A DNA stretch of 51,385 bases from contig JYFJ02002767.1 of NCBI GenBank assembly GCA_000934665.2, positions 1-51,385 on the forward strand, in the 5' to 3' direction. Both the position numbers and the translations under genes were made by a program. The notes beneath the pieces were generated by a model. It had not been told where the DNA came from and searched no databases. It saw only the letters and a list, made by a program, of their open reading frames with translations. Position 1 is the stretch's first letter. Each line of letters begins with the position of its first letter. The DNA is from Catajapyx aquilonaris. Lineage: Eukaryota. Below, one piece after another: positions 34,714 to 47,200 of this stretch.

Positions 34714-37661
34714 TTTCTGGAATGGAGTGACTCCGCTCTAGACATGTTTCACTTTCCTGGTAAGTTTTGTATGGGGTAAAGTTTTGTATGTGCCTGCAAT
34801 GCTTCTGATTTAAAAAGCTGGACAAATTTACATTGTCCCCTTTTATATAAGTGTCACAATTTCTATGCTAACAGCAGTATAAAATATGTAGGTTACAATC
34901 ATGTCAATCATGTTATACAGTATTTATAATTTTTTTGATCCGTGAAGCTCCAGAGCAATGAAAGCAAAATCTGGTGCCTCATCTGTCATTAGGTCAGTCC
35001 ATAGCAAGATATACATCAGCAATGATAGCTTGGTGTGAATTGGAGGTACAAAGGGTCCAAGTTTCCTCAGGGGAAGAATGCTTTTACGAGAAGATTGGAG
35101 TGTTGTAGCAATCCTTCATGAAATATCTCGAGGAGTAATTCTGGCCTGCTGATGAGACCTCTGAAACAGCAAGCAAATGGACAACATTTCAGAATGTATG
35201 ACCAGGAGCAACTTGTGGTCCTGCAATGGCTGCCATGGGCCACCTCGTTTATATGCTATGGAAGTATAAGCACTCATACATGACTGTGCAAAGTGCTACT
35301 ATTTAGCTCTAAATATTATGTTCATATTAGGAACAGGTCTCAAAATAATAACTTACCACCAATGCTGTACTAATTGCTAGAAGTATAAGTCCAGGAATAT
35401 GGCTTGATCAGCCATGGTGTATGAATGTGAGAGTCATTGTTGGCAAAAAAATAAAGAGAAGTGATATATCCCTACTTTAAAAAAAGGGATATTCCCAGTA
35501 AAGCTGCATTTTTTCCCCCTCCCCACATCAAAACTGTAATATATCAGTGTGAATATTTAGAAGTGTTGGTGAGGAGAAGCACAGGAATTATAGTGCTAAA
35601 ATATTTCTTGCAGCTGTACATTGTACAGTATAATAAAATAGACGATTCAGGTGTAAATTGCCCGTAAGTACACCTCAAAACCGAACTTGGCCCATATCCT
35701 GTAATGATATAATCCAAGGACCCATCCCACTTCAGAAACTTGTGATTTATTAAGTAGTCCTTTGGTAAGCAGCACTTCCTGGCAAACTGCCAAATATCAA
35801 TTTTGCTCCTAAATTCCTCTACTAAAGTGAGTAAAGTCTTCTTTGACAGCACCAATGTGTACGTACTGTACACCAGAATTTGTGGAAAGAAAAGAGAAGG
35901 CTACCCATCGAGAGGCGCATTGGTTTTTGGCTGATTTATTTCTGAACTCTTACATGAAGGTTACCATTGCACATGTGGCATTTTCTCTCGCCATTTATGT
36001 ATCTTTTCTTGGCTCTGATCCTCCACGCTGCAAATTCCAGTCTAGCTCAGTATCCACCTACGACTTCTCCACGAGTGACGTTGGCCCCCCAAAAATGCGA
36101 ATTATTTTTGTCTCAACCTCGCAAGGAATCAACATGATTGTCCAATGGTAATTGCTACATTGCGACGACCTTCCCAAGAACCACAATGGGGATGGTTCGT
36201 AGCTAGTGGGAACGATTCCTTGACTTTCAGTAACCTTGAATAAGACTGTCTACTATTGCAAGACTTGCCCGAGATCAGACTGAACTTTGCTCCATGAATG
36301 ACTCAAGGCCATTTGCAATCGGCTGAATGTGTGACAATTAAACCCAGCTGGCAGCAGCAACTGTATCAACAAGAGCAAGAGGTTGATGGCCCCACCCCCC
36401 AGGGATTTAAGAGGAGTGGGGGAGGAAAACGTGCTTTAAATCCAGCTTCATTGACAATGCCTGTCACATCTCAAAGTCGAAGGTGTATATAGTGTACTCT
36501 GCGTTTTAATCCATCGAATCAACTTATCAACGGTGTTGCTGCACTCACAGGAAATCTTGTATTGAGAGATAAAACAAATTGTGTAAATATTGCTTCATCT
36601 GAACACCCACAGGTAATGATGGTCCTTCATCCAGTGTTATTCCCACTTATTGCGCATGTAGGGATTAACAAGCTAGTGCGTTTACGTCGTTCATTTTTAA
36701 TGAGGAGAATGATTAAGTATTGTTATGGACGCTAATAAAATGGTTCAGGAATCAAAATATATTATTGATTCTTAGGTGAAATGAATCGCTAAAATGAAAT
36801 AGCAATAATGTGAAGACGAATACTGCTCAGAAATCAGAAGTTGATAGTTACCATTATAATTACCGAAGTTTATGATTACCTCGAACAATTGAGTGAAACG
36901 ATAGGAACATCTTCATACAGCAGTATATAGTGAGCATCATTTGGCAGATCCTCCGTAGTGCAAAGGAGTAAGAAATATTCAGGAAGCGACCTGTAGTGGC
37001 CCCTGCCGACATGGGACCTATTTCCGCCTTAAGTGGAAATATGTGCGTCAGATTGGATTAAAGTGGGTGGTATAATTGTTGACTATCTTTCACATGCCTT
37101 TATTGTATATGCAGGGGGTACAATGCAATACACTGCCCAAACGAACACCTCCCAAAATGAGGCGGAGTAAAACGTATTGCGCGCTACATTCGCGCATGCG
37201 CATTCCCCCAAGTAGACCCCGATGTGTACACGGAAAAGGAGTGAACATGGAACGACTAATTCATAACATTTTACCCCGCTCCATTGTTGGAAATTCTCAC
37301 TTTACTTCTCATGCAAATAACTTTCACTGCGTGATGCCTCTGGTAGCACCATGATTATTTCTGTTATTATTCTCACCAGAATTTAGAAACGTCCTGTTGG
37401 GGAAGTATATCACGACATCGACCACACGAACAATGCAAAAAAAATAATAATAAAATAAAATAAAAAGGCGGTACTCACAGTCGACAGGCACAAAAAAAAA
37501 GGTACAACTTCCTACTACTCCGACATTGGCAACAGCGGTAGGGGGCGTGACATCACATGTGGCGCCTCATAGCAGATTGAAGGTGAGGCGCGCAAAAGTC
37601 AAGTGCAGCCTTCGATTATACACATTTAGTACTTGGAGGAAGCAGTGGTGCATCCACAATC

Positions 37662-40600
37662 ATGATGACTCCCAGCAGTTCCTGGCTGATCTTCGGGATC
37701 GCCTTCTTACTGACCTTTGGAATCCTGAAGACCCTCTTCTTCTCCGGCGCTCTGGTCAACATTGCCCTATGTCTTCTGGCCGGATACTTGGCCGATGCGG
37801 CTCTAAAGGCCATCAACAATGCCCTGCCAAGACACAACATACAAGAATTGCACAACAAGGCAGTGGTAATTACAGGTGAGATTTTATTGTATGCAGGTAA
37901 AATGATCAACAAAAAAATCAGACGTAATTGAAAGCTTGTCCCTGACACACACGGGAAAGATTACGTAATTTTATTTGTATATTAACCAGCCTCAAGCAGT
38001 CCTTCAGATAGTCGTCACCAAGGTGGTTGAGCTGTGAAGGTTATGTGCCTCTTTTGTGCAGTCATGCTTCCTCCAAGCAGTTTTCAGAGTACCATCGCCT
38101 ATATGGTGATAAACACCTGGCCTTGACTAACACACATTCAATACGCCTTCGGAAAGTTCCGTCTCCTGGTAACGCATCCTGAATAGGCTGGAGAAGGTCT
38201 GATGGTGTAAATGGGAGCACTCCGGACCCCCAACTCTTGGGGGTCTGGCGGTCCGAGTTCGAATCTCGGTGGGCCTTCGAGTTGCGTAATTGGGAGTTCA
38301 TATCAAGTGGTTTGCAATCCGGCTTGAATCGTACTGCGAAGAGAATGAGATACCGGTTGAGTGTCTGACGTCAATATTTTGTTGCACACGACCAAAAGGA
38401 GCTTTGGAAAATTGGCCATTTCTTATTCGTAATGTGTGAGGTTGGGCATTTTTTGCCACCTTTTGTGAGGCAATCAAAAGTGGAGCATAGTTAATCTGGT
38501 GAGGCGGTATCATGAGACCTATAGATAGGAATGTGGGCTAGGAATTGTGAGGATAATTTTGTTTACATTGAAACATGTAGGGTGCATGGCCTTGCATATT
38601 TCATGTCCGGTGCCAACGACCACTGGATGGTTAGTCATAACCGTGCCCAATAATGTCTAAATGCCAAACTTTCGCCTTTGCCCAAACGGAATCTATACAA
38701 GAAAATAAAATTCATTATAATATGCAGATTGATATGTGCACAAGAAATCGGGCAAATTAGAATATGCAACACGCTGGATATGATATACAGTCATTACTAT
38801 GCGAGTTACTGCAACGCCAGCACACGTGTAGAAGGAAAACGCAATCTCGAGTTGCAGGTTTTATATTACGCCTCACCATTCAATTGTCCCTGAAGACAAG
38901 GGACTTGTCAGAAAGATCGTATAGTGTACAATAAAAATAGCTAAGCAAACTGTAATCTGTTGCACAATGATTTGTGGGTCTCAGGTTGCGATTCCGGATT
39001 CGGCATGGAGTTGGCCAAGACATTAGACCAGCAAGGCATGAAGGTGTATGCTGGTTGCCTACACCCAGACGGTTGTGGTGCTCAAAGTTTGCAAGAAGTT
39101 TGTTCCGACCGATTGCAAATAGTGCCTCTGGATGTCACCAAGCAAGATGATGCCCGGAAAGCGGCTGAATTTGTTGCCACAACTTTAGGAGATTCGAGTA
39201 AGTCTGGGGTCCTCCATCAAGTATGTCACCATAGTTTTGGGGTAGGATGCTAGCGTGATGTACCGTACTGGTTTTTCAGACATACCGGTACTCTATGTGT
39301 AGGTACTGTCAACACGATAAGGTTTCGTACTGTATCAAAATTGTATAAAACATTCCAGTTAATATTTTCCTCAGCGATATTAATCTTAGTTGCTTTCTAT
39401 TCGTAACCCCCTGCCAATAAGACAAGTGATAACAGTTTAAGAGGAAGCAGGAAACGCTGATCACAAAACGCAAAAGTGACGGGAAGTGGTGGTTTCAAGC
39501 TCAAAAAGAAATGCCTCCAATCTAATTATGACTATTAAAGATTTTTTTTCATGAAGTTGCTGGCACACTCATCTAAACCGGTAATGTTCGTCATGTGTTT
39601 ACATAGAGAAGAGATGAGCAGCAGCGGAGATGATGTATTTATAGAAAGTTTTATATGCTTGACGGATTGATTTGAGGCTTCCTCTATGTATGCTTCTATC
39701 TGTTTCCTGTGCTGAGAGAAACGGACACTGAATATTATTCCTGGATGTTGACTATACTAGTGGGTTGCGAAATGATGATGGGGCGTGCAAGTTTTCAGAT
39801 GAATAGTTCGTACTGCAAATATTTGCATATGATAATTAGAGCGGAACTATGGCTTGGCTGTAATGGATCTTTCAGCATGTTGTAGTAACTTGTCAAATGT
39901 GAAGCGGAGCTTGTTGAGCGAAGCAAAGCAGATGCTGAGAGTGGAATGTGCGTCTTTTCATTACTCTTCACACTTTAAATAGTACGCACTTCAGACTGGC
40001 CTCTGGGTGCCGGTAGGGTGGTGTAGTCATCACTGCATTTGTCAGCACTTGGCTATTGTGTCTTAATTGAATGACTATGAAAAGCGGTAGGAGAGATGGT
40101 ATTGTCACTAAGTGGCAGTTACGTATATTGCGACATTAAGCATTATAATAATACTTGTATACATGGCACCTGGTGATTTAATAATTATGCTCATAATATT
40201 TTTGCATGTTCATGACAAAATTTTCATTCAACACGAGAGCCTCACTGTAGTAGCAGTCATTAAATGACTTTCTTTCGTTACTGATGTGTCATGATTTTCA
40301 AGAGGCAATATTAGAGGTGGATCGAAATGTTTCCAATTTTATGTAGAGGGGTAGTACTTCCTGGGTCATTCCATGTCAATTCAGGAAATTTTCTGAAAAT
40401 TTGTGGCTAGACCCCTTTCGATTTAACCGAAAAAATCAGGTAGGTAGGGATCCACACCTTCTTGCGAAATCCGCTATTGCGAGGCCGCTGGAGTCAAATC
40501 TCACGGAGATATAACAGTGGAAAGTTTAACAATGACGTCCATATAACGTATTTTGAACTGTTCAGACTGTTCTCCCAACACCAACATGTTATATATCAAA

Positions 40601-43600
40601 TGGAAGGTAATGCAGAGAGAAATAACATGGTTACAAAATATTAGACCTAACCCAAAAAGCGACGTGGAAAAAAATTCGCACATATATGTCCAAATCACTC
40701 TATATTACCGATAGCCGTAACTCATGACATTATGATTTTAACACAGTGATATTTAGGATAAGGGCAATCACTTTTGCCTAAATGCACATGCAAAACCTCA
40801 TTGTGATAGGTCACGCAGGGTGGGAAATAAAAAATCACGAAAATATGAATTACCGAATTTTGCCGATATTAGAGCTCAAATTTCTGGAGGTCAGGCTGGA
40901 CCTATTTTGATTTTTGGTATGTCAATCGATTCTTTGGATCATCCCCTATCCAGAAATGCATAACACATTCTTGACCCGTGATCGGTAATTGATCGGGGAA
41001 TTTTCAAACGCATGGGTGCATTAGGCGGTTCACGGAGTGATTGCCATCGTATAAAAATAGGAAATGTGATATGATTTTAACAAAGTGATATTTAGGATAT
41101 AGGGCAATCACCTCTGACTAAATGTACATGCAAGACGTCATTATGATAGGTCACGCAAGGGTAGGAAATTTAAAAAAATCCCGAAAATATGTATCACCGC
41201 ATTTCTCCGATTTTCGAGCTCAAATTTCTCGATGTGGGACTGGACCGATTTTGACTTATGTATCTCAATAGATTCCTTGGGTAATCCCCTGTTCAGAAAT
41301 AAATAAACCATTCTTTACCCGTGAGCGATAATTGATCGGCGAATTTTCAAACGTATGGGCGCATAAATCGGAAGGGGTCGACTACACTGAGCCATTTCCT
41401 GAATTGACATAGAATGACCCTCCTGCCTCATTTCAGCTGAACATACTTAAGTATCAGCCATGTTGGCTAGACCTCACGGCACATTTTACGCCAATTCTAC
41501 TGTGAAAAATAAATCAACTGAAATCATTGTAAAATTGCCGTGAGAAAAGGCATGTTCTCATTACCATTTCCACTTCCTACTACACCAATAAATTATTCGT
41601 TCGTGTATATGGTTGAACAGAAATAACTGGGAAATGGTCTGGGGGAACATGTAGGAGAATTTACCTTTAATTTATTTAAAATGTATTTATTGCCTACTCT
41701 CCTTCAGTAAACCAAATCAAATGGTCTCTGACAATGCTGATACCTTTTCAGTACTGTGGGCATTGGTTAACAATGCTGGAGTAGCTGTAGTGACAGAAGT
41801 GGAGTGGTGTCCTGTGGAAACTTACCAACGCACTCTAGACGTAAATGCCTTAGGACCCATCCGTGTGACCAAAGCGTTTCTGCCACTTCTGCGGCGTACA
41901 AGAGGCCGGGTCATCATCGTGGCCAGTTTAGCAGGTATACTGTACATATGAACGTCATTGTGTCGTAGAAGATAAGAATTTCAACAATGAATGGGTTGCA
42001 GGTCGTTACACGTTCCCTGGCTTCTCGGCTTACTCCATGTCCAAGTATGCAGCTGTATCCTTTGCTGATGCTCTCAGACGTGAGATGAAGAAGTTTGGAG
42101 TCAGTGTTCATACTGTGGAGCCTACCTTGTACAAGTAAGTCTGCTTGGTTAGGGATGTTTTAAAATCATTGCATTCTTTATTGCAACCAATGTATTTAGT
42201 GGGCAGTGTTGTCGAACATGAGAGTTCAACTTTGGACAGCTTTTCAATTATAGCGGCTGAGTGTACAAATGTAAACGTTTGCTAATAGCATATTATCTTC
42301 TCAAACGTATTGCAATCTTACAGTCTACTATTTTGTATAAATGTTAACGTTATTTACTATTTGATGCCGCAATGAAACTGGCATTTCTGATTGGGAATGG
42401 CTCACTGAAACATGAAATCGAACGTCAATAATTGATCCAATATTTTGAAGGCCAGGCAGGCATTTAAAAGGTTAGGGCCACGCAATCTAATATTACCAAC
42501 TAATGCTTTTGATAACTACTACAAGTAACTATTTAAAAGTAAGCAACTTAGCGCTCAAAAAGCTTACCATTACAGACATTTTAGTTGGAACATCCTGTAT
42601 TGAAATAGTTTTCTGAGTAAATGTATGGGATACACTTCAAATGGCTTATATCCAATCAAAGAAAAAGAATAATATTCAACAGCTTACTGCATTCACTCGT
42701 TTTAGGACGCCTATTGCAGCCGAAGAAGGAATTGACAAAGAGCTACAACGCTTATGGGACCAAGTTCCGGGGGACATCCAGTCTTCATATGGAAATGCGT
42801 ACTTCCTCGATTTCCAGGTCATTATATTTTATCTGTCAGAATCTGATCTGTGGCATCCTGGGGCTTGCATAAACAAAGCGAAAACATGTAGCACTATGAC
42901 TTGTTGTCAGGCTTTGACGTCAGTTGATGACTTTTTACAGGAAACTATCCGTCAGCATCTCCGTCGCGCCAAACCGAATTCTAAAATTGCAGAAGTGGTC
43001 AACGATCTCGTTGATGCCGTCATTGGGGAAAATCCTAAAGTGAGTATAAAACTATTTAACGACTTGCAGGTTATTATTGAAACAGTCACGCAATCGGCTC
43101 TGTTATGTCGCGCCAGAATGCTAGTCATGCTAGTCATGACTATCAAATCCTTCCAGAATGTTCATAACAATCATAAGCATCTAATATGATAATGATGATG
43201 ATTGATAATAATAATAATAATAATGTCGACGAAGAAATCTGCGCCTCATCAGCATATGTTGCTAAGAGAGAAAGGAAGATAAAAATGACTATAATGAATG
43301 GCATGCTTTCGAAACACTGTAATTATTTTCTATATGCCTTTCAGTCCCGTTATGTGCCTAGTGTGGTGACGCAGATTCGAGCACGTATCTTAGCATCATT
43401 GCCTACTGATCTGCAAGACTTGGTTCTGTGCCAAGGACAACCTAAAACACCTCCAGCAGAATGTATGCATCCCAGGTTAGCCCAATTTTTATGATTCTAT
43501 ATTGACAATGCTGTTTGTTGTTTCAGTGACATTACCTAACGGGCCTGCACCATTCACAAAGGAATACCTAGTGAAACGCAGACAGAGCCTCTTCAGACGT

Positions 43601-43678
43601 TTTATGTCCATGCCCACCATGGAAAAGGAAACCCTGGAAAAACTTCACGAGGCCAAGGTGCAGGCTTTCAAGTACTGA
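37662..43678 (+). CDS. Membrane-anchored short-chain dehydrogenase/reductase (BDH1 / 17-beta-HSD / retinol dehydrogenase-like group), about 407 aa, 8 exons
   Basis: Exons 37662-37875, 38985-39197, 41752-41934, 42002-42134, 42706-42817, 42941-43039, 43345-43462, 43527-43678 (1224 nt); hydrophobic N-terminus, TGCDSGFG cofactor motif, LWALVNNAG, catalytic YSMSK. The last junction is the least certain. Confidence 0.93.
38196..38276 (+). tRNA. tRNA-Gln-like sequence (probable pseudogene) with an extended anticodon arm
   Basis: GGTCTGATGGTGTAAATGGGAGCACT...CCGAGTTCGAATCTCGGTGGGCCT matches the eukaryotic tRNA-Gln D and T arms; anticodon region is CCGGACCCCC-AACTCTT-GGGGGTCTGG; acceptor stem imperfect. 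Confidence 0.55.
40363..41420. mobile_element. Sola2-like non-autonomous DNA transposon in SDR intron 2
   Basis: TIRs GGGTCATTC.ATGTCAATTCAGGAAAT; 4-bp TSD TCCT; internal tandem duplication of about 340 bp. Confidence 0.82.
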
Positions 43679-44204
43679 AGTTCTGTTCGATACTGGTACT
43701 ACACAGTCATGTACAATATGCCATCAGCCCATCATGATTATCCGGTGCCATATGTTGGGACACTTATGATGAACCTCACACTACGAGCTGGACTTCTCAT
43801 GTACAAATGTTTTGTATTACATTAGAGATAAAAATGTGTTTTCACTTTCTTTGGTGCTTTATAATAGGTGCTGTCTTTTGCTGTATTCTGCATGACACAG
43901 GGTACTATAGGCGCAATGGGTTGTGCATTTCCTACATGCGACCATGGTACACGCTACTGACCTGCATATTGTGTTAATTTGTAGACAATCTAACAGTATG
44001 TAAATGCGCTAGATGGTGTCATTGACACATTTGAAAATCGACCTATTACATAAGGAGACAAGATGCCCCAGTGAAGGTACAGTATTTCACCCTGAAGTAG
44101 CCTTGACATACAGCAGTAAGGTTGCTGATACATAACATCAACACATGCCATGACAAGTAGCAACTACCAGGCCTGGACTATTTTAGTACAAGATTCCTAA
44201 TTTC

Positions 44205-47200
44205 TCACAGTAGCTGGCACAGCCGGCTGTTTACTTTCTTCTGTGCCTCAACAGGAGGCTCTTCCCCAGGTGGGATCAAGAAATATGTGGACATCTCGCC
44301 CTTACCCTTGACGGTCATATTTCCTCGGAGTACCAGCCGGAAGCCTTTCCCATCCAGAGCTCTGAAAGTGAACATGAGCATTACGAATGAATTTACTGGG
44401 GAGGAGGTAATGAGAAATAATAATTATGGTGGAGTTGGTGTATCAACAGCCGTGATCCATTAAAAGTGCTTTGGCATTCAACTACAATGCCTTGGGTGCC
44501 TCTTTCATTACCAGAAACATTACTGAAGCCATAAAATTATCGTTTCACAAATTATTCACAGCCATAACTTTTTAGGATTGATTAGCTCACTTTGATATGA
44601 TTCTACAATGTATACAGTACTACCTACAGCGATTATTTTAAAATTGCTAATGAAATTAATAATCCTTCTGGTTTTTTTGGAGATATTTTTTGCATGTGCT
44701 GATATGCTAATATGTATAAGGGCAAATCGCTAAGTGTAGTAATTGCGAATGTTGTAAACGCATTTTAAAGCAAATTCTTCAGCTGAGATAGCCATATGAA
44801 TCCTACCTGTTTTTCGAGGTGTTCCCCAGAGACATTGGTGCACTTTCCCGATCGAAAGGCAACTTTGTTTTTCAATGCCTCTGTCATGGGAGACGGTTCT
44901 TTGAGCCTGGATCCACAGTCTCACCTTTCACTTATTCCTCCTCCAATAAAAACCTACCAGCCGCAGGCCTTCAAAGAAGGGTACGGTCATTCGGTACAAA
45001 CCTGTGGGTAGCATCGCTAATATGAATGGCGCAGGGCACTCCATGTGATTCCATCCTGGATGCAGTGTTGACAGTGTCTCCGAAGAGGCAGTAACGTGGC
45101 ATCTTGAGTCCTACACATCCAGCCACGACAGGACCCGAATGCATCCCGACCCGGATCTGCAACGTTGAGTTGTTATCCGGCCGCTGGATTGTCCTGGAGT
45201 GTCTCAACATGCCCAATGCTTGGTGGGCCACTCTTTCAGCATGCTTCGGAGTGGCCAAAGGAACTCCGCCAACAACCATGTAGGCGTCGCCGATGGTTTC
45301 TACCTTGTAAACACCGTTTTCTTCTGTCAGAGAATCGAAGCCAGAGTATAAGGCGTTCAGGAGGTCAATCACTTGGAGTGGACTGCATTTCGAGGCCATC
45401 ACGGTGAAACATACTATATCACTGAAAAGCACTGGAATGACAGAGTCAATCAAGGCTGTTATGGTTGAAATTCTTGTGATTGCAAGATTATAATAATGGT
45501 TATTATAGAAAATTAGCAAATTATTGTTTATTGCTCATGAGTGGGGAAAGACAAAAGTTTATGGATCCCGAATGGACCTTTGTAATGAACCAAATACGTA
45601 CAACACAACAGACTCCAGTTGCACATTAATGGGGACAATTTAACAACAACCTGCTGCCCACTGCTTCGCGAACGCATTGTACAGTAGTAGCCTACTGTTG
45701 AGATTATGAGGCTGAGTGTGACGTACTCTTCTCTATAAGGTTAGAATGGCCAGTGTGCATTTGCTTATATTGGTGTAGGAAGATTGCTATTCAATACCCA
45801 GGTCCATGCCCAGGTCATGATAGCCGCGCTGCCTGGAGTGTCAACATGTCCCCGAACTGTAGTTTAAAGTGATCGAATAATCGTGCAGTATACGTGTGCA
45901 AATAATAAGTGAAAGTGATGCCTGCAGCTGCCCCATTGGCTTTCAAAAATTGGACACAACAATCATTTAGATTCTGCAGGATCGGCTGGTGAGTATAGAA
46001 CTAATCATAATATCGGAAATTCTAGAGAGCAGTCAGTGTTTTATCGCAAAAGAACTAACAGAAAATAGTGGCACAAAAAGTGCGTCTTGATTCACTTGGA
46101 TAGTGAAAGTGGTAAATATAATGAATTGGAACCCATTTATTCCATTGCCAAGTCGAGGTATTGAGAGGCAATGGGGGGGAGAGATATAGTAAAAACCTGG
46201 ACATCACTATTTGACTCTAATTGTTTTACCTTGTCCTTGCAAAACTAGAATTTGCATTACCTGTACATTCAGCAAAACTTTGTTGGACTTTTTCTCCTTG
46301 TTTCAACTTGGACGCCACTTCAGCTGGCAAGAGTGAGTGCAAGAGATTTTCAGTTCGCGATTTTTCAGCTTCAAGGTCTTTGGCTGTACTTTTGAGAGCC
46401 ACAGTCATCTCCTCCAACTTTTGCCTGCGAATATAATCAAAACATTACCAAACTGATAATTACGTATACTGTATACTTGTATAGCATAGTGAACATACAT
46501 GAGGTCCAACTCGGTACTTCTCTGATTCTGCAACAATATGAGCTCCCGAGCCGAATCATGCTTAGGCAAATCGCTAAGTCGCAGATTCAGTTTTTGCATT
46601 TCTGCCAAGTTACGCACGAAAGGAACCCCTAGGAAAATCATAGCCACTCCGTTTTCCAGAGGAATAATTTCACCTGAAATGACAACATATAAATAGTCGT
46701 TAAAGTATGGACGGTGCTATGTGCAGGTTGAGACCTTTGAGAACGAGGCCTTCAGTATTGTTCAAAGCCAGCTGAAATATGAGCTGGTCAAAGCGCGTGA
46801 CATTCTTGTATGTGAGCGATACATTTGGCCATTGTAAGGTGAAGAGACTTTCCATCTTTGCCCCGGGAATTTCCGCTCCTGGGCACCAGCGCCTCAGGGA
46901 CGATCCTAGCTGCAAAATGGAGAGAGAACTGCGACACAAGATGATAGTTACCTTTTATTAGAGATTATATTATACACATTCGTTTACACCAAAAAATACG
47001 CGCGTTCAGTTTTGTGTCATTTGCATATAATTATAATAATTATTAGTGATGACCCCAGCCATGGCAGAACAAAATGCTGTACTGTACTGTACTGTACCTA
47101 TAGCATCATACTGAGCAAAGGTTTTATGCCTGATGGTATATGGCCTGGTATGCCCCGAATCTTTTTCTCTCGAAACTACTGCGTAGGACAATTTTTTCAT

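Noticed and set aside
35355..35437. Minus-strand frame MTLTFIHHG-TGA-SSHIPGLILLAISTALV as a selenoprotein or readthrough exon
   Set aside because: No homology recognised, no SECIS identified, and no continuing exon found.
38062..38513. Nested minus-strand gene in SDR intron 1
   Set aside because: Two short ORFs in different frames with no recognisable domain; partly antisense to the tRNA-like sequence.
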